In this document: positions 26,301 through 34,960 of the stretch, piece by piece | Numbering within the stretch: position 1 is the first letter of the stretch | Layout of the letters: every line of letters starts with the position of its first letter | The notes under the pieces: model-generated | Seen by the model: the letters and a program-made list of their open reading frames with translations, nothing else | What the model was told of the DNA's origin: nothing | The model's database searches: none | Translations under genes and position numbers: made by a program | From: an uncultured bacterium | GTDB lineage: Bacteria; Oederibacteriota; JAAXVQ01; JAUVAV01 | NCBI GenBank assembly: GCA_963710755.1 | Contig: CAVQBK010000002.1 | Span: forward strand, 1 to 64,000 | Length of the DNA: 64,000 nucleotides | Reading direction: 5' to 3'

Positions 26301-29300
26301 ATTCAAAATATTGAAATCCGGCTTGGCCGCCGCCGCATCCAGAAAATTATGAAATAATAACAAAATAAGTGGAATGTCCTTTTGAGGTTTGTGCCCTGCC
26401 ATGACTTTTTTCAAAACACGAAGTCTGGTTTCGCCGAGGCGCACCATGCCCACCACAGTATGGCTGCCGACAAGGCGCACAATCCCCTCTCTCATTTCCG
26501 GGCTGACTTTTCCTTTTAAAAATTCATCACTAAAAGCAGCACCACGTGATTCGTGACCTAAGGGTTTGGTATCCGTTAAAAAACCAGTGTCGTGAAGACG
26601 TTGCGCCCATACGAAAACTTTTCCCCAATAATTGGCGGCGTGGAAATATTGTTCTACGGTTAAAGAGGTCAATTCCTTAGGCGGATGCTTAAGGGTGGCC
26701 TTTAAAAACTCATGGACTAATTTCAAAGCCAAACGATCATATTCCGCTTTTTCAGCAGCTGTGGCATTCGGGAGGGCATTTGAAAAATGGGCCGCATCAA
26801 GCTCAAGGGCTGCGTCCAAGTTATGATCCACGCGATCCAGGTGGGCCACTCGATCGGGGGCTGTACCCCTCAACCACCCTGTTTCCGGCAGGGATGAGAC
26901 CAAGCCCGGTTTCGGAACTTCTGGAATATGCCGAATGAACTCCCGGTTGATAATTCGATGAACACTATAGGACAGTGGCACGGTTACCCAAAGCGGGGCT
27001 AGGTGGGCAAGAACCAATAGTCCAAATATTTCAAGAGCCGCCATCACATTCTCTGACGGTGTATCTTCAATTGGTTCCCCTTTATTAAACAATTTACCCA
27101 GCATGGCTTGCAGCCATTTAATATTTAAATGACTGCCTGCAAAAAACACCAACCAACTACCGAGACTGATGGTCTTGACCCAACCCAAGTTTTCAAAACC
27201 GGTCAATTGATTGCCCATGGAAAGCAGCACGCTGTAATCCCCTGTGACCACTCCCCAAACCGAGCCGGCGATGGCGGTCAGACCCAGGATGGTCCCCACC
27301 AGCCCCCAGATGTAATGGTTCTCAATCCAATGAGCCGCGGCTTGATATTCTTCCCAGGTCAGCACCGCCCGATGCCGTGTCCGGCGCAGGGCATTATGGA
27401 GGGTGAACCAAAGGCGAGAGGTGCCTTTGGCGGAGAAAACGCCTTGAGTAACGTCCTTAAAAATTGCCAATCCGTTCTCTCTTATCCCAGTAAACAACTG
27501 CCTTCCTTCCCCATCCTCGCATGCAGCGATCAGGCGATCCTGAATTTCTCCTCCATTTTTTTCCATTATGGTATCAATGGGAATCCAAACAAATTTATCC
27601 AATTCATGGTTTGGTTGCAGAGCAGGTTCCTGGTCATTATCCAAAACAACGATAACGCAACTACTTGCCACCTTATTGACTTCATCAGTAAAAACCGGCA
27701 AATACCCTTGGTGTTTTTCAACCCGCAATCCCACTTCTTCCTCCAATTCGCGCAAGGAAGTGTCACCGGGTGTTTCCCCCGAACCATCCTTTTCTTGTCT
27801 ACCACCTGGGAATGTGAAGTAGCCGGTCCATTGATTCGCGCCGGACCCTCTCCGGCAGAACAACAAATGATATTTACCATTGATTCTTTTTATGACCATC
27901 GTCAATCCAGCCAGCGTATAACCCGGATAAACCTTTTCCATTTCCTCATATGTTCTATTTTGTTCAAGCACTTCCCCCAATTGTGTTCGGAGCACTTCGG
28001 GTGAAACATCCTTTTCAAATATCTTTATTTGCCGGTCATCGGAACCATCCATTTTTACATAAAGTTCCCGCAACCGATCCATAACCCCTTGATCTCCGCG
28101 GGAAGCTTGCCGGTTTTCTCTTGGTTTACCAGTAAGAATAAAAGACAAATGGTTGACAACATCAGAAGATGGAATTTCGATGTGGTAATGGGCTAGCCAC
28201 TGGGGCAGGAAAATATTTAGGCCTTCAAGTTTACGCAAAAATCGGCTTTCCCGCGTTTCTTGTGCTTCATATTCTTGCCGCAAGGCAACCAGGGCATTCA
28301 CATTCGCCTGCGGGAAGGGTGCTAAAATTTTTCGAATCGATGCCTCATCCTGCATGCGCTCCGGAAACATGGCGGTCAGCCGCCCTGCCCAGGCCATTTT
28401 AACCAAACGAAAAAGATCCAGGTCGGACGGCGCCAGCAGTAAAGCTAAATAAGACAGACGCCAGGTTTCGTCCGCCAAGGAAGGCTTTCCATCCGGCCGT
28501 TCCTTGGCCTCGAATAATTTGAGAATAGCCGCCATTTGGGGATCTGAATCCAATAAGCCGAGAAAACGGTCCATGCCGTTCTGTGGCAGAGTGATTTCAG
28601 CAAAAGTTTGGTGTTCTGAATGATCTTTTTCCGGATATTTATTCATATAAAAACGATGTTCCAAATAAACATCCAAAACGTCATACCCTTTGATACTCTC
28701 CATGGCATAAGCCAGATTCTGCCAAAAAGCCAACTTCGTTTTTTCTGGTTTTCCACTATGCCGCCCTTCTTTTGGCATCAATTTGGCAAGAAGGTTAGGA
28801 AAGGGTGCAAAGAGTCTGGCTAAAACAACAGCTTCCACCCGGCGTTTTTGTTCTTTTTCCAATTGATCATGTGGTGTAGGGTCTCCCATAAGGACTTCAG
28901 GATCATCATGCACAATCAGCTTGTAAAAATCTTCAGCTTGAGAATTTTGTTCCAGCAGCAAATAAAGCAGGCCCATACCCCAAGTATGGCCGGCCACGGT
29001 TTCTCCATTTTTCTCAAACAACCCGTTTTTCTTCCAGCCTTCGTGATCCCGCTGCGGCAAAGACCAGCCGTAGAGAAGAGCTTCCATGGCCTCATCGGAA
29101 AGGCCAAATTCGGACTTTACTTGGGCAAGATTCTCACGTGTAGAAGATTCAGAAAATTGCCTCGGCTGTTGATTGCTATTGGCATGCCATTGAGTTTCAG
29201 AGGGAGCCAGTAACCAGTTCAAAAACAACGGCAACCCTTTTTTCAATGGAGTAAGCTGTTCTGCCCAGTTCCTACCCAAAAGTCCGGTCAGGACAGGGTC

Positions 29301-32300
29301 ATCATCTCTATTGTTATAAATTTTAGTATTTGGTGTTTGACTGCCCAAGGCATCAACAATACCCTGCGGATCATCAAAATAACGGACCAAGTATTTATCC
29401 AGGCTCAGATGAGAGTGTGCTGCTGCAGCCCGGGACATCTCCAAAGTCAATGTATTAAAGGTATGTACGAGACTTAAAGGGCTGAAATTAAAAATAACCG
29501 GAATAGTCTGGTCGCGCCCATGCAGAACAGCGTCGGCTAATTGGTATAAAACTTTTTGTATGTCAGCGCCATAAACAAAGGCCCTGCCTTCGGTCTTTCC
29601 TGCTGCTTGTCCGGACTGATTTTTGATTTCCTTCGGCACGCCTTCGGGGGTATTCCACGCCGGATACTCGTCAGGTTTCGCCAGAGCTAAAAGTTGTTTG
29701 GGAATCCGTTTGTTGATACCTAAAAGCTGACCGGCATCAACGGTAGCTCCGGGACCGTATTCCGTTTCAAAACGCACCATATGGACCCTAAAACCGGATG
29801 AGGTTGAAGAGGCCGGTGCCATTTGGAGAAGTAAATATTCCATAAGCAGTTTACTTGCCAGGTAAACATCTGCTTGCTTTCCTTTTTCGTTCTTCGGCCA
29901 GGGTAAGGTTTCAAGCTGCCTTTGAATAGCATCCAACAATGGTCTATAGTTGTCCGCTGTTAAAGCGGGTTGATGCTGCTTAATTTTTTCGTCAATTGCC
30001 GCTTTGGCATTTTCCAGCCATCGGGCAACTTCATTGCTAACAGCCAAGGGAAACCCTGCCTGCGCATTTTTCTGCTGCTCGCCATCCAACGGCCCGTCAT
30101 AAAATTCATTATACACGCCAATCGTTGACGGTATGATCAATGGCTTGTTTTGCCGTTGGCATTCGCGCGCCAGGAGGTAGGGTATGATGGCATTAAGAAG
30201 CAGTAATTCGTTTTTTTGCGCCGGGCTAAAATCCCTTGAGACTGTAATGGCGGCCAAATTAAATACCAGGTTGCTTTTCTTGACCAATTCTTTAATGGCC
30301 TCAGGTTCTGTTAGAAGGTTTCTTTCTATTAGGGTGATACGATCTTTCAGGTTTGGGGTTAAAAGGCCTATCCGCATTTTTTTGACTTTATCCGGATGCC
30401 GTTGTGTCAGGGCCACGATGCCAACATCATCAGTTTCACCCAGTCGGCGGGAAAGTTGGCTGGCCGCTGTTCCCGAGGCGCCCAAAATGCCTATGTGGTA
30501 TTTGAGCTTAAGAGCAGGCGTGTTTGCTGCAGGGCTCGCTCCGAATTTCCGTGACTTTACCTGAGTGCCAAAGTGATAAACCAAATACAATCCCAAAATA
30601 ATAACTAAGCCCAAACCACCAGGTATTATCCAAGAGGACAGACTATGCGCCCAGCCGCTCAAACCGCTTTCTTTTCCGGCGGCCCAGGCAAGACCAGGAA
30701 CCACAAGCAGACCTGCCTTGACCATCGCAGGCCACTGCTCTTGGAATGCTTTGGTCAAGCTCCCTAAAAAAGACGCCGGTCGTTTGACTTGCGCCAGCGC
30801 CTGCTTGACGCTTTGGGGGCTGCCGTAAATCGTTACCTGCATTTCCCCAAAGTTACTACCGGCGCGCACTTCAAATTGTGTTTCTCCCAGACTGGGCAGT
30901 GCCATGCCCTTTTGGGCCACCATCACCAGCAGTTCGCTTCCTGAGCCGGTTGTCACCGAATAGGCCATGCAGCCTTCGGGCAGGCCGGTTTTAGTGCGCT
31001 CCTCAAATTCAGTGCCTGTCAATGGGCTGATGAATTTCAGACCCTCCTGGTGTTGAGCCAGCCAATGGGCCACCTCATGTTTTAAAGATAATGGAACAGA
31101 AGGTAAAACAGCATCAGCGGGCACGCCACAGGCGACTTGCACGCTTTTCGTAAACCCTCGTCCTGCCTGGGGCCACGAGGGCGGGGCGAGCATGGTCTGG
31201 TTTTTGGCCAATAGTTTTTCAATTGGTAATTGTTTGCCTTGCAGAATGGAGAAATAAGGATTGACCTGACCGAGTTTGGTCAGCCGCGGTTTGACGGATA
31301 TATAGCTAAGTCCTAACCGCTCAAGCTCTTCCAGCAAAGCCTTGGCATGAAAGCCGCCGGTGATCACCACAGCCAAATCCTGGTGACGGGCATTCATGGC
31401 GTGGATCACATTGGCCGCAAAGGAGCGGCTGCGCCGGTCGGCCAAATGGTAAAAGGTTTCCGCCTTTTTCAAATAACCTTCCAGGCCTTGCAAGTCGCCT
31501 GCAAAAGACATCGTGTCCTTTGGGCCGCCCGCCTGGTGGATAAACTCGATAAAGGCCGGGATCTGATACTGGTCACGGTGTTGGCGGTAGCGTTGCAGCT
31601 CTTCCTGAGTGGCCGAGAGGTTAAGCATTTTTTCAATCAGGTCAAGACGGTCAAGCCAATGGTCCAAGGTGCGCTGCTTTTCACTGGTATAAAGCTTTTG
31701 CCGCAGGGCATTTTCAAGACGATCCAGTTCCGCAAACAATTGGTCCAGATCGCTTGGAACCGGCTGAAACCTTGCGCCTGAAGCAAGGTACTGGTTAAGT
31801 TCAGAATAAGGGGCCATGGATTGGCCCAGCCGGCTGGCCCATTGCCCCAATTGCCTCGCATAGGTTGTCAAATCAAGCCTGCCTTCTTGATAAGCGCTTC
31901 GCAGCCGGTCAAAAACACTTAGTTCCGGGTTATAGGTGGCCGCTTTAAGCTGGTCAAGCATACCGCGCAAATCCTGGCAATAACCCTGACTCTCGGCATT
32001 CAATAGTCCCCGGGCCAATTTCAGGCTTTGCTGATATTCCCCGGCATTTTCAAGGCCTACCAGATCAACCGGCCGGGCGCCGTTGGCGGCGCCGTACTCC
32101 GCCCCGGTTAATTTTCCCTGGCTTAAAAAATAATCACTTACCGATTGTCGGATTTGCGGGATGGGAAAAGTCCGTAAAACACTTACATCCACCTTACCAT
32201 GAGCCCCTTCTTCACCCACCAGAGAAAGGCCGTAATGTTGAGCCAGGTGGCTGATGATGGCGGCAATATGATGTTGCACTTCCTCATTGCAATGCAGGTC

Positions 32301-32516
32301 TTGAATAAGCACAATAGTTTTCGCACCCGCAGCATGACTGCTTGCAATGCTTCCCCATTTGTCCGGCAGGGCCAGTTTTTTACCTTTAAGATAAAAAGAG
32401 GGTGTGGTGAGCAAACCTGAGGCATAAGTCATGCTTTCAAAGGCCCACATGGTCTGAGGCCAGAGCAGGCATAAGGACAGCAACACGGCAGTGATGGTTT
32501 GGGCTTTTTTATTCAT
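20337..32516 (-). CDS. Giant (~4060 aa) secreted/membrane multidomain protein: conserved N-terminal domain, SDR, HD, NUDIX, HD, transglutaminase-like, TPR and two CPBP-like TM modules
   Basis: Uninterrupted 12.2-kb ORF; signal peptide; motifs IQDLHCN/EGA/GGFH, GASG...YLASK, H...HD, GGRQE...RELEEEVG, NCVG...GHA...D, TPR-like helices. Confidence 0.9.
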   Translation of the reverse strand: MNKKAQTITAVLLSLCLLWPQTMWAFESMTYASGLLTTPSFYLKGKKLALPDKWGSIASSHAAGAKTIVLIQDLHCNEEVQHHIAAIISHLAQHYGLSLVGEEGAHGKVDVSVLRTFPIPQIRQSVSDYFLSQGKLTGAEYGAANGARPVDLVGLENAGEYQQSLKLARGLLNAESQGYCQDLRGMLDQLKAATYNPELSVFDRLRSAYQEGRLDLTTYARQLGQWASRLGQSMAPYSELNQYLASGARFQPVPSDLDQLFAELDRLENALRQKLYTSEKQRTLDHWLDRLDLIEKMLNLSATQEELQRYRQHRDQYQIPAFIEFIHQAGGPKDTMSFAGDLQGLEGYLKKAETFYHLADRRSRSFAANVIHAMNARHQDLAVVITGGFHAKALLEELERLGLSYISVKPRLTKLGQVNPYFSILQGKQLPIEKLLAKNQTMLAPPSWPQAGRGFTKSVQVACGVPADAVLPSVPLSLKHEVAHWLAQHQEGLKFISPLTGTEFEERTKTGLPEGCMAYSVTTGSGSELLVMVAQKGMALPSLGETQFEVRAGSNFGEMQVTIYGSPQSVKQALAQVKRPASFLGSLTKAFQEQWPAMVKAGLLVVPGLAWAAGKESGLSGWAHSLSSWIIPGGLGLVIILGLYLVYHFGTQVKSRKFGASPAANTPALKLKYHIGILGASGTAASQLSRRLGETDDVGIVALTQRHPDKVKKMRIGLLTPNLKDRITLIERNLLTEPEAIKELVKKSNLVFNLAAITVSRDFSPAQKNELLLLNAIIPYLLARECQRQNKPLIIPSTIGVYNEFYDGPLDGEQQKNAQAGFPLAVSNEVARWLENAKAAIDEKIKQHQPALTADNYRPLLDAIQRQLETLPWPKNEKGKQADVYLASKLLMEYLLLQMAPASSTSSGFRVHMVRFETEYGPGATVDAGQLLGINKRIPKQLLALAKPDEYPAWNTPEGVPKEIKNQSGQAAGKTEGRAFVYGADIQKVLYQLADAVLHGRDQTIPVIFNFSPLSLVHTFNTLTLEMSRAAAAHSHLSLDKYLVRYFDDPQGIVDALGSQTPNTKIYNNRDDDPVLTGLLGRNWAEQLTPLKKGLPLFLNWLLAPSETQWHANSNQQPRQFSESSTRENLAQVKSEFGLSDEAMEALLYGWSLPQRDHEGWKKNGLFEKNGETVAGHTWGMGLLYLLLEQNSQAEDFYKLIVHDDPEVLMGDPTPHDQLEKEQKRRVEAVVLARLFAPFPNLLAKLMPKEGRHSGKPEKTKLAFWQNLAYAMESIKGYDVLDVYLEHRFYMNKYPEKDHSEHQTFAEITLPQNGMDRFLGLLDSDPQMAAILKLFEAKERPDGKPSLADETWRLSYLALLLAPSDLDLFRLVKMAWAGRLTAMFPERMQDEASIRKILAPFPQANVNALVALRQEYEAQETRESRFLRKLEGLNIFLPQWLAHYHIEIPSSDVVNHLSFILTGKPRENRQASRGDQGVMDRLRELYVKMDGSDDRQIKIFEKDVSPEVLRTQLGEVLEQNRTYEEMEKVYPGYTLAGLTMVIKRINGKYHLLFCRRGSGANQWTGYFTFPGGRQEKDGSGETPGDTSLRELEEEVGLRVEKHQGYLPVFTDEVNKVASSCVIVVLDNDQEPALQPNHELDKFVWIPIDTIMEKNGGEIQDRLIAACEDGEGRQLFTGIRENGLAIFKDVTQGVFSAKGTSRLWFTLHNALRRTRHRAVLTWEEYQAAAHWIENHYIWGLVGTILGLTAIAGSVWGVVTGDYSVLLSMGNQLTGFENLGWVKTISLGSWLVFFAGSHLNIKWLQAMLGKLFNKGEPIEDTPSENVMAALEIFGLLVLAHLAPLWVTVPLSYSVHRIINREFIRHIPEVPKPGLVSSLPETGWLRGTAPDRVAHLDRVDHNLDAALELDAAHFSNALPNATAAEKAEYDRLALKLVHEFLKATLKHPPKELTSLTVEQYFHAANYWGKVFVWAQRLHDTGFLTDTKPLGHESRGAAFSDEFLKGKVSPEMREGIVRLVGSHTVVGMVRLGETRLRVLKKVMAGHKPQKDIPLILLLFHNFLDAAAAKPDFNILNLQQLRNMLAFKKHITQIEEDFAHFRILALADLGINPKSLPLTPDEKKILWDIRVPQIFGSEKDQLCRVLQDKLDLTNHLAFLTDNLAKLELQKPDKFKRYVKFIKLLAQIASSSPGAEVAISSDMYKWFAPGFDQQAAGARAAADLSPLLDKIDDRATIADVRRELERTHWQSVFGIPLACLPHQEIMLQLTQVEVKAEGREQASSDVDQQDHATKDQTASVTYKGRPIAAGRKVGESFKNKPALSAILSQSAYPLFKRWLPWETKISRMTANWLGRPMVKQRPDKYFMDEMLQTPLQQRDEYALDELAYRLALFGDIKLTIKDSLESSKGPFEIKKNDEGKVSVISITRSFSLADLMPLMAWLMNEYKIKLPQTPAGRVFQDLLNRFYRKAPQWIQMPLDWRGTARLQADLQKLSQQLGGITLGNGWDKTNATLKRSDLKTFSTEIIEGLTRSSQHLLGEILLHQQIQAFIEDAASWTDPFLRHEQADTSGTKERKLSWTRRARHRLKTLEHTCHGDKVKLDQLHLRAGRALGRIIREHYPEYSKGNFKLSYMLGDSRANCVGYASAFTVLAGRLGLKAAMTSVEKAEQDFGPQDIGHAANLLTLPSGKMVTMDVTWSNYQSEPFTKDEIQVKKKDAFSETWKINAKDSKHSLIQVFWYLPTGIMDAYETWSDYEPEFNKKPEFMHHYYAKRLRRNPNDDFALLKLGDYYSLGYDAGLANNIDQAIDCYKKSLTLRLRASALARLGSICNYVGRDKAFKLFCEELLTQAAFVGDYLIIAKMSGIEESIVILKKALELFPGNPSLLQQLGRNYFSVIQTSQDNTVKRKYSALFIELAEHYLEKRPDDAWFWNRYEELSVDEEGFTDRYLTFLDHIIRDHPLEGAPVAAKMHILMMTDTAEGHRQAVALGKAFLLQKGLVKRSSVLSKLYNIYYRIKTNDDQSAKDNKGWALRRGNVYHGKIDELTDFLEDELLVADPTSFEARRLLAGIYQQQEHYILAILYLTYNLKAHPRDKETLLDLMECKAKVGKWSDVQNLAQRLLALDRFNALGLLWAARACLYLKNYEGALQKYEQLDNLPKYAKRELNTLHPEIEEEVRICQTALGQPIDTQTPGYIYNQLVEAFPYINPGFFVQKGLRQLLANPWLWEQGEGLQTEAHLGNGQFQDVARMLEKYNARVNVEVAGVPRASEQTKYSRAALNELSPPFLKGQSAKGTPWKVTWHMGTLEEAKAIQKDFDFSTARHFKDPRGMHFYGHQKNNGGWSLVVTNIKDSSDLNHLRFLFSQYDVKLAILFNHFHHAIFTSTLSSGLEEVIVANSSLPVSAYFPDQNGELKTVALKNRFERKGLSRIQQPSQAKTLGWQLKKRWLRNGTIFLGTAYIPHESLWQDMHLRRGDIIIPAFAHHIKYGMSKPIEKSLLELLCMQLDIQKISYRIIDLTAKKQTAAFERGDNEIIILLTRHGHLESPLQLKTTVIKNLKINHVDSVDTLWLPFLDRTDRSGGKGLFLLDDPRQPIQPNDRDPYVLQNTLLLENLILPSNKPVGASYFWFALHFHLAAWGRMMLSLFSPNVKKTNWNNPAERAQAWEKYQQHSWSLENNYIWLMITAALAIGTWLMAGETGNISTLARAWMDPSVFTWAKAVSLAGWLTLFTGSHYNKGTPPGHRSAAWKIFILITIAHLAPLGVVMPLSYGIHAWINHHPDLTIIDLSLDLEKDPAMTAIGSIAPRTHVWLNKLMKKHYFMKDPVFAASLGERNEGSSTVSQHYRLLVEEHTHLLGYLLNLLRGQYLHQFSVTICLPRQVLRWTEQPQGLSGHLKAWLAQWVIIASIGLSYRQRFTSPAQTRLWLAAGRLGLVRLSTYWQKLILSHLGGQDQLQNMAKQVRDGVFTAGYIPPGKEQHLLARSYQVVMKSINKNSSAKEIKLWLLMLSQLRLAGHATVVLVFEGERFKLPLPKSSAVQKVILRKLNHLEGVIILQPKQERRMWLRALSSSA

Positions 32517-32744
32517 AACACTCAACTTCAGTAGAATGGGTTTTGCGGTTTCCTAGCGTTGCTGGCTAAGTATATCAATCCCTGAAAAAGGGATCAATTT
32601 CCTGGTTATTAATTACTGAAGGTTTTGGTTTGTTAAACCGGCAAGTGTTTCATTTGACAGCATGGCAGGGGTTGAATTTTTTCCTGCCAGGCAGGGGAGT
32701 GTTGCCATAAAGAGCATGCTTCAGGGCATTTTAAAGGGTTAAGC

Positions 32745-33485
32745 TTACATTTTCATTTTTTTAAAGACATTTTCCGGAATGGATTTTACCGCCACCATGA
32801 TCCATCGCCAGAACCACGGAATATAGGCTTCGTTCTTTTTCCGGTGTACGGCCTTGAGCAGGCCCTTGGCAAAGGTTTCGGGCGAGGCCATGAGCAGGCC
32901 CTGCTTAAGATGACTGGTCATGGGTGTATGCACCAGACCTGGCTTCACGGTCATCACATGCACGCCGTAGTGGGCCAAGCGGTTGCGCAAACCTTGCAAG
33001 TAGGTGGAAAAGGCCGATTTGGAAGACCCATAAATATAATTACTCTGCCGTCCCCGGTCACCGGCCACGGACGAGACCCCCACGATCAAACCTTTTTTCT
33101 GTTTCTCCATATGGTTGGCCACTTGTTCCAAAATGCTGGCGGCACCCACATAATTAACGGTCATAGTTTCCCGGGACAGTTCAAATTGCTGCTGCGAGGC
33201 TTTTTGGTCTTTCATGGTACCGAAAAACAAATACACTTCATCCAGCTCTGGATAGCGCTCGGTTAAGGTCTGCACAAATGCTGCATGGGTTTCCGTTTTT
33301 TTGGCATCAAAGGGCATCACCACTGGTTTGGCGGCCTGGGTGCGCAGTTCAATATCAGCCGCGTTTTTTTCCAATTCATTGGGATGGCGACCGGCCAGGA
33401 TCAATTGATGCTCCGGTTTGGCCACCAGCATGGCCCAGGCTTTGGCCATGGCCGAATTAGCCCCTAAAATTAAAATGGTTTTCAT
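32745..33485 (-). CDS. SDR oxidoreductase, DprE2-like
   Basis: ILGANSAMA, SSVAGDRGRQSNYIYGSSK, VKPGLVHTPMT, IPENVFK. Confidence 0.85.
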   Translation of the reverse strand: MKTILILGANSAMAKAWAMLVAKPEHQLILAGRHPNELEKNAADIELRTQAAKPVVMPFDAKKTETHAAFVQTLTERYPELDEVYLFFGTMKDQKASQQQFELSRETMTVNYVGAASILEQVANHMEKQKKGLIVGVSSVAGDRGRQSNYIYGSSKSAFSTYLQGLRNRLAHYGVHVMTVKPGLVHTPMTSHLKQGLLMASPETFAKGLLKAVHRKKNEAYIPWFWRWIMVAVKSIPENVFKKMKM

Positions 33486-33504
33486 AGTTATTTCCTTGGT
33501 TTGT

Positions 33505-34893
33505 TTACTCATGATCCTCCACCAGTCCCAGACGCCGGCCCTGATCAGAGGCAAACACCTGCTGCGGATCGACCTGGGCTTTCACGGCTTTCCATTCCTT
33601 CAGCCTGGGGTACATGGCTTCAAAGGTCGTGCGTTGCATACGGCTGTCCTTGGCCAGATACAACCGGCCGCCGTAATTTAAAACCAATTCGTCCCATTTG
33701 TCCATCTCTTTTAAGATAGCGCCCGATCCCACGGGAAAATCAAGGGCAATAAAATAACCGGGCGTGGGAAAAGAAAGGGGCGCTTTTTCGGGTATGGGGC
33801 CGAATTTTTTCAGCACGGCCAGAAAAGACGCCCGTCCGCTTTTGGCAATGGCTTCCAGCACTTTTTTAATGCCTTCAAAGCCATGCTCGGGTGGGATTAA
33901 AAACTGGTACTGGACCAGACCGGGTTTGCCGTAAATACGGTTCCAGCGTAAGATCGCATCCAGTGGATAAAAGAAGGTATCAATATCTACCAGGTGATTG
34001 CTGTGGCGGGGATGCTTGCCGTAAATCACGGCATTGAAGGCCGCCACGGAAAGCGGGTTGAGGCTCCAACTGGGAAAATCCAAGGGCACCATCACCTTGG
34101 GCTTGGCCGTTAACCGCAAAGGATCGGCCTGTGTCGCCTTACTTTTCAAATCTGCTTTCTTGGCAAAACCGCCGCGCATCATGATGCTGCGGCCCAGGTG
34201 GCGGCCTTTGGCCAGGCAATCGATCCAGGACACGGTGAGCGGTGTGGATTCTGATTCCTCGTACAATTGAAAAATATGCTCCAGATCCCTGGCTTTTATT
34301 CCCTCGTAATGGAGCAGACTGGTTTCAATAGGCATCAGTCTCAATTCCACGCTGAGGATAAGGCCGGTTAGGCCCATGCCGCCCACGGTGGCCCAGAACA
34401 GGTCAGGCCGTTCGTTGGGCGAACAGGTCACTTCCGCGCCATCAGCCAGAAGCATATGCAGGCGTTCAATAAAATGACCGATGCTCAGCTTGCTCTTGCC
34501 GTGCACATCGCAAGCCACGCACCCGCCCAAAGTGGGATACTTGGTGCCCGGCGTGACCGGCAAAAACCAGCCCTTGGGCACGAAAACCCGGATGATCTCT
34601 TCCAGGGTGACGCCCGCTTCCGCATGCACCACGCCCGTGGTGTTGTCAAAAGCTAGTAGCCGGTTGGCGGCCCGGAAATCCAAAACCAGGTTGTCTTGAT
34701 TGAGCGCCGAATCCCCATAAGCCCGGCCTGCACCCCGGCCCAGGAGGCTAAAGTTCTGACGGCATTGTAAAAAATCTGATGCAGATGCAGCACTGTGAAG
34801 CTTAATCAAGTGGGCCTGACTCAGCGGATAGCGGCCCCATCCGCCCATCACCCTTAAAGGCGGCCATTCATACTCATTTTCCCCAGGTACCAT
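33505..34893 (-). CDS. FAD-binding oxidoreductase, DprE1-like
   Basis: GWGR, RGAGRAYGD, PVTPGT..TLGG..ACDVHGK, FFYPLD, SFLAVLK, GGRLYLAKD. Confidence 0.88.
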   Translation of the reverse strand: MVPGENEYEWPPLRVMGGWGRYPLSQAHLIKLHSAASASDFLQCRQNFSLLGRGAGRAYGDSALNQDNLVLDFRAANRLLAFDNTTGVVHAEAGVTLEEIIRVFVPKGWFLPVTPGTKYPTLGGCVACDVHGKSKLSIGHFIERLHMLLADGAEVTCSPNERPDLFWATVGGMGLTGLILSVELRLMPIETSLLHYEGIKARDLEHIFQLYEESESTPLTVSWIDCLAKGRHLGRSIMMRGGFAKKADLKSKATQADPLRLTAKPKVMVPLDFPSWSLNPLSVAAFNAVIYGKHPRHSNHLVDIDTFFYPLDAILRWNRIYGKPGLVQYQFLIPPEHGFEGIKKVLEAIAKSGRASFLAVLKKFGPIPEKAPLSFPTPGYFIALDFPVGSGAILKEMDKWDELVLNYGGRLYLAKDSRMQRTTFEAMYPRLKEWKAVKAQVDPQQVFASDQGRRLGLVEDHE

Positions 34894-34960
34894 TATTCTT
34901 CTCCTGATGTCGATAGAGTGTGCAGCTTTAAAACAGTTTGGCCCCATGGACCAACCGCTA

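Noticed and set aside
27129-28004. 291-aa plus-strand ORF inside the giant gene
   Set aside because: Antisense shadow; no recognisable domain or RBS
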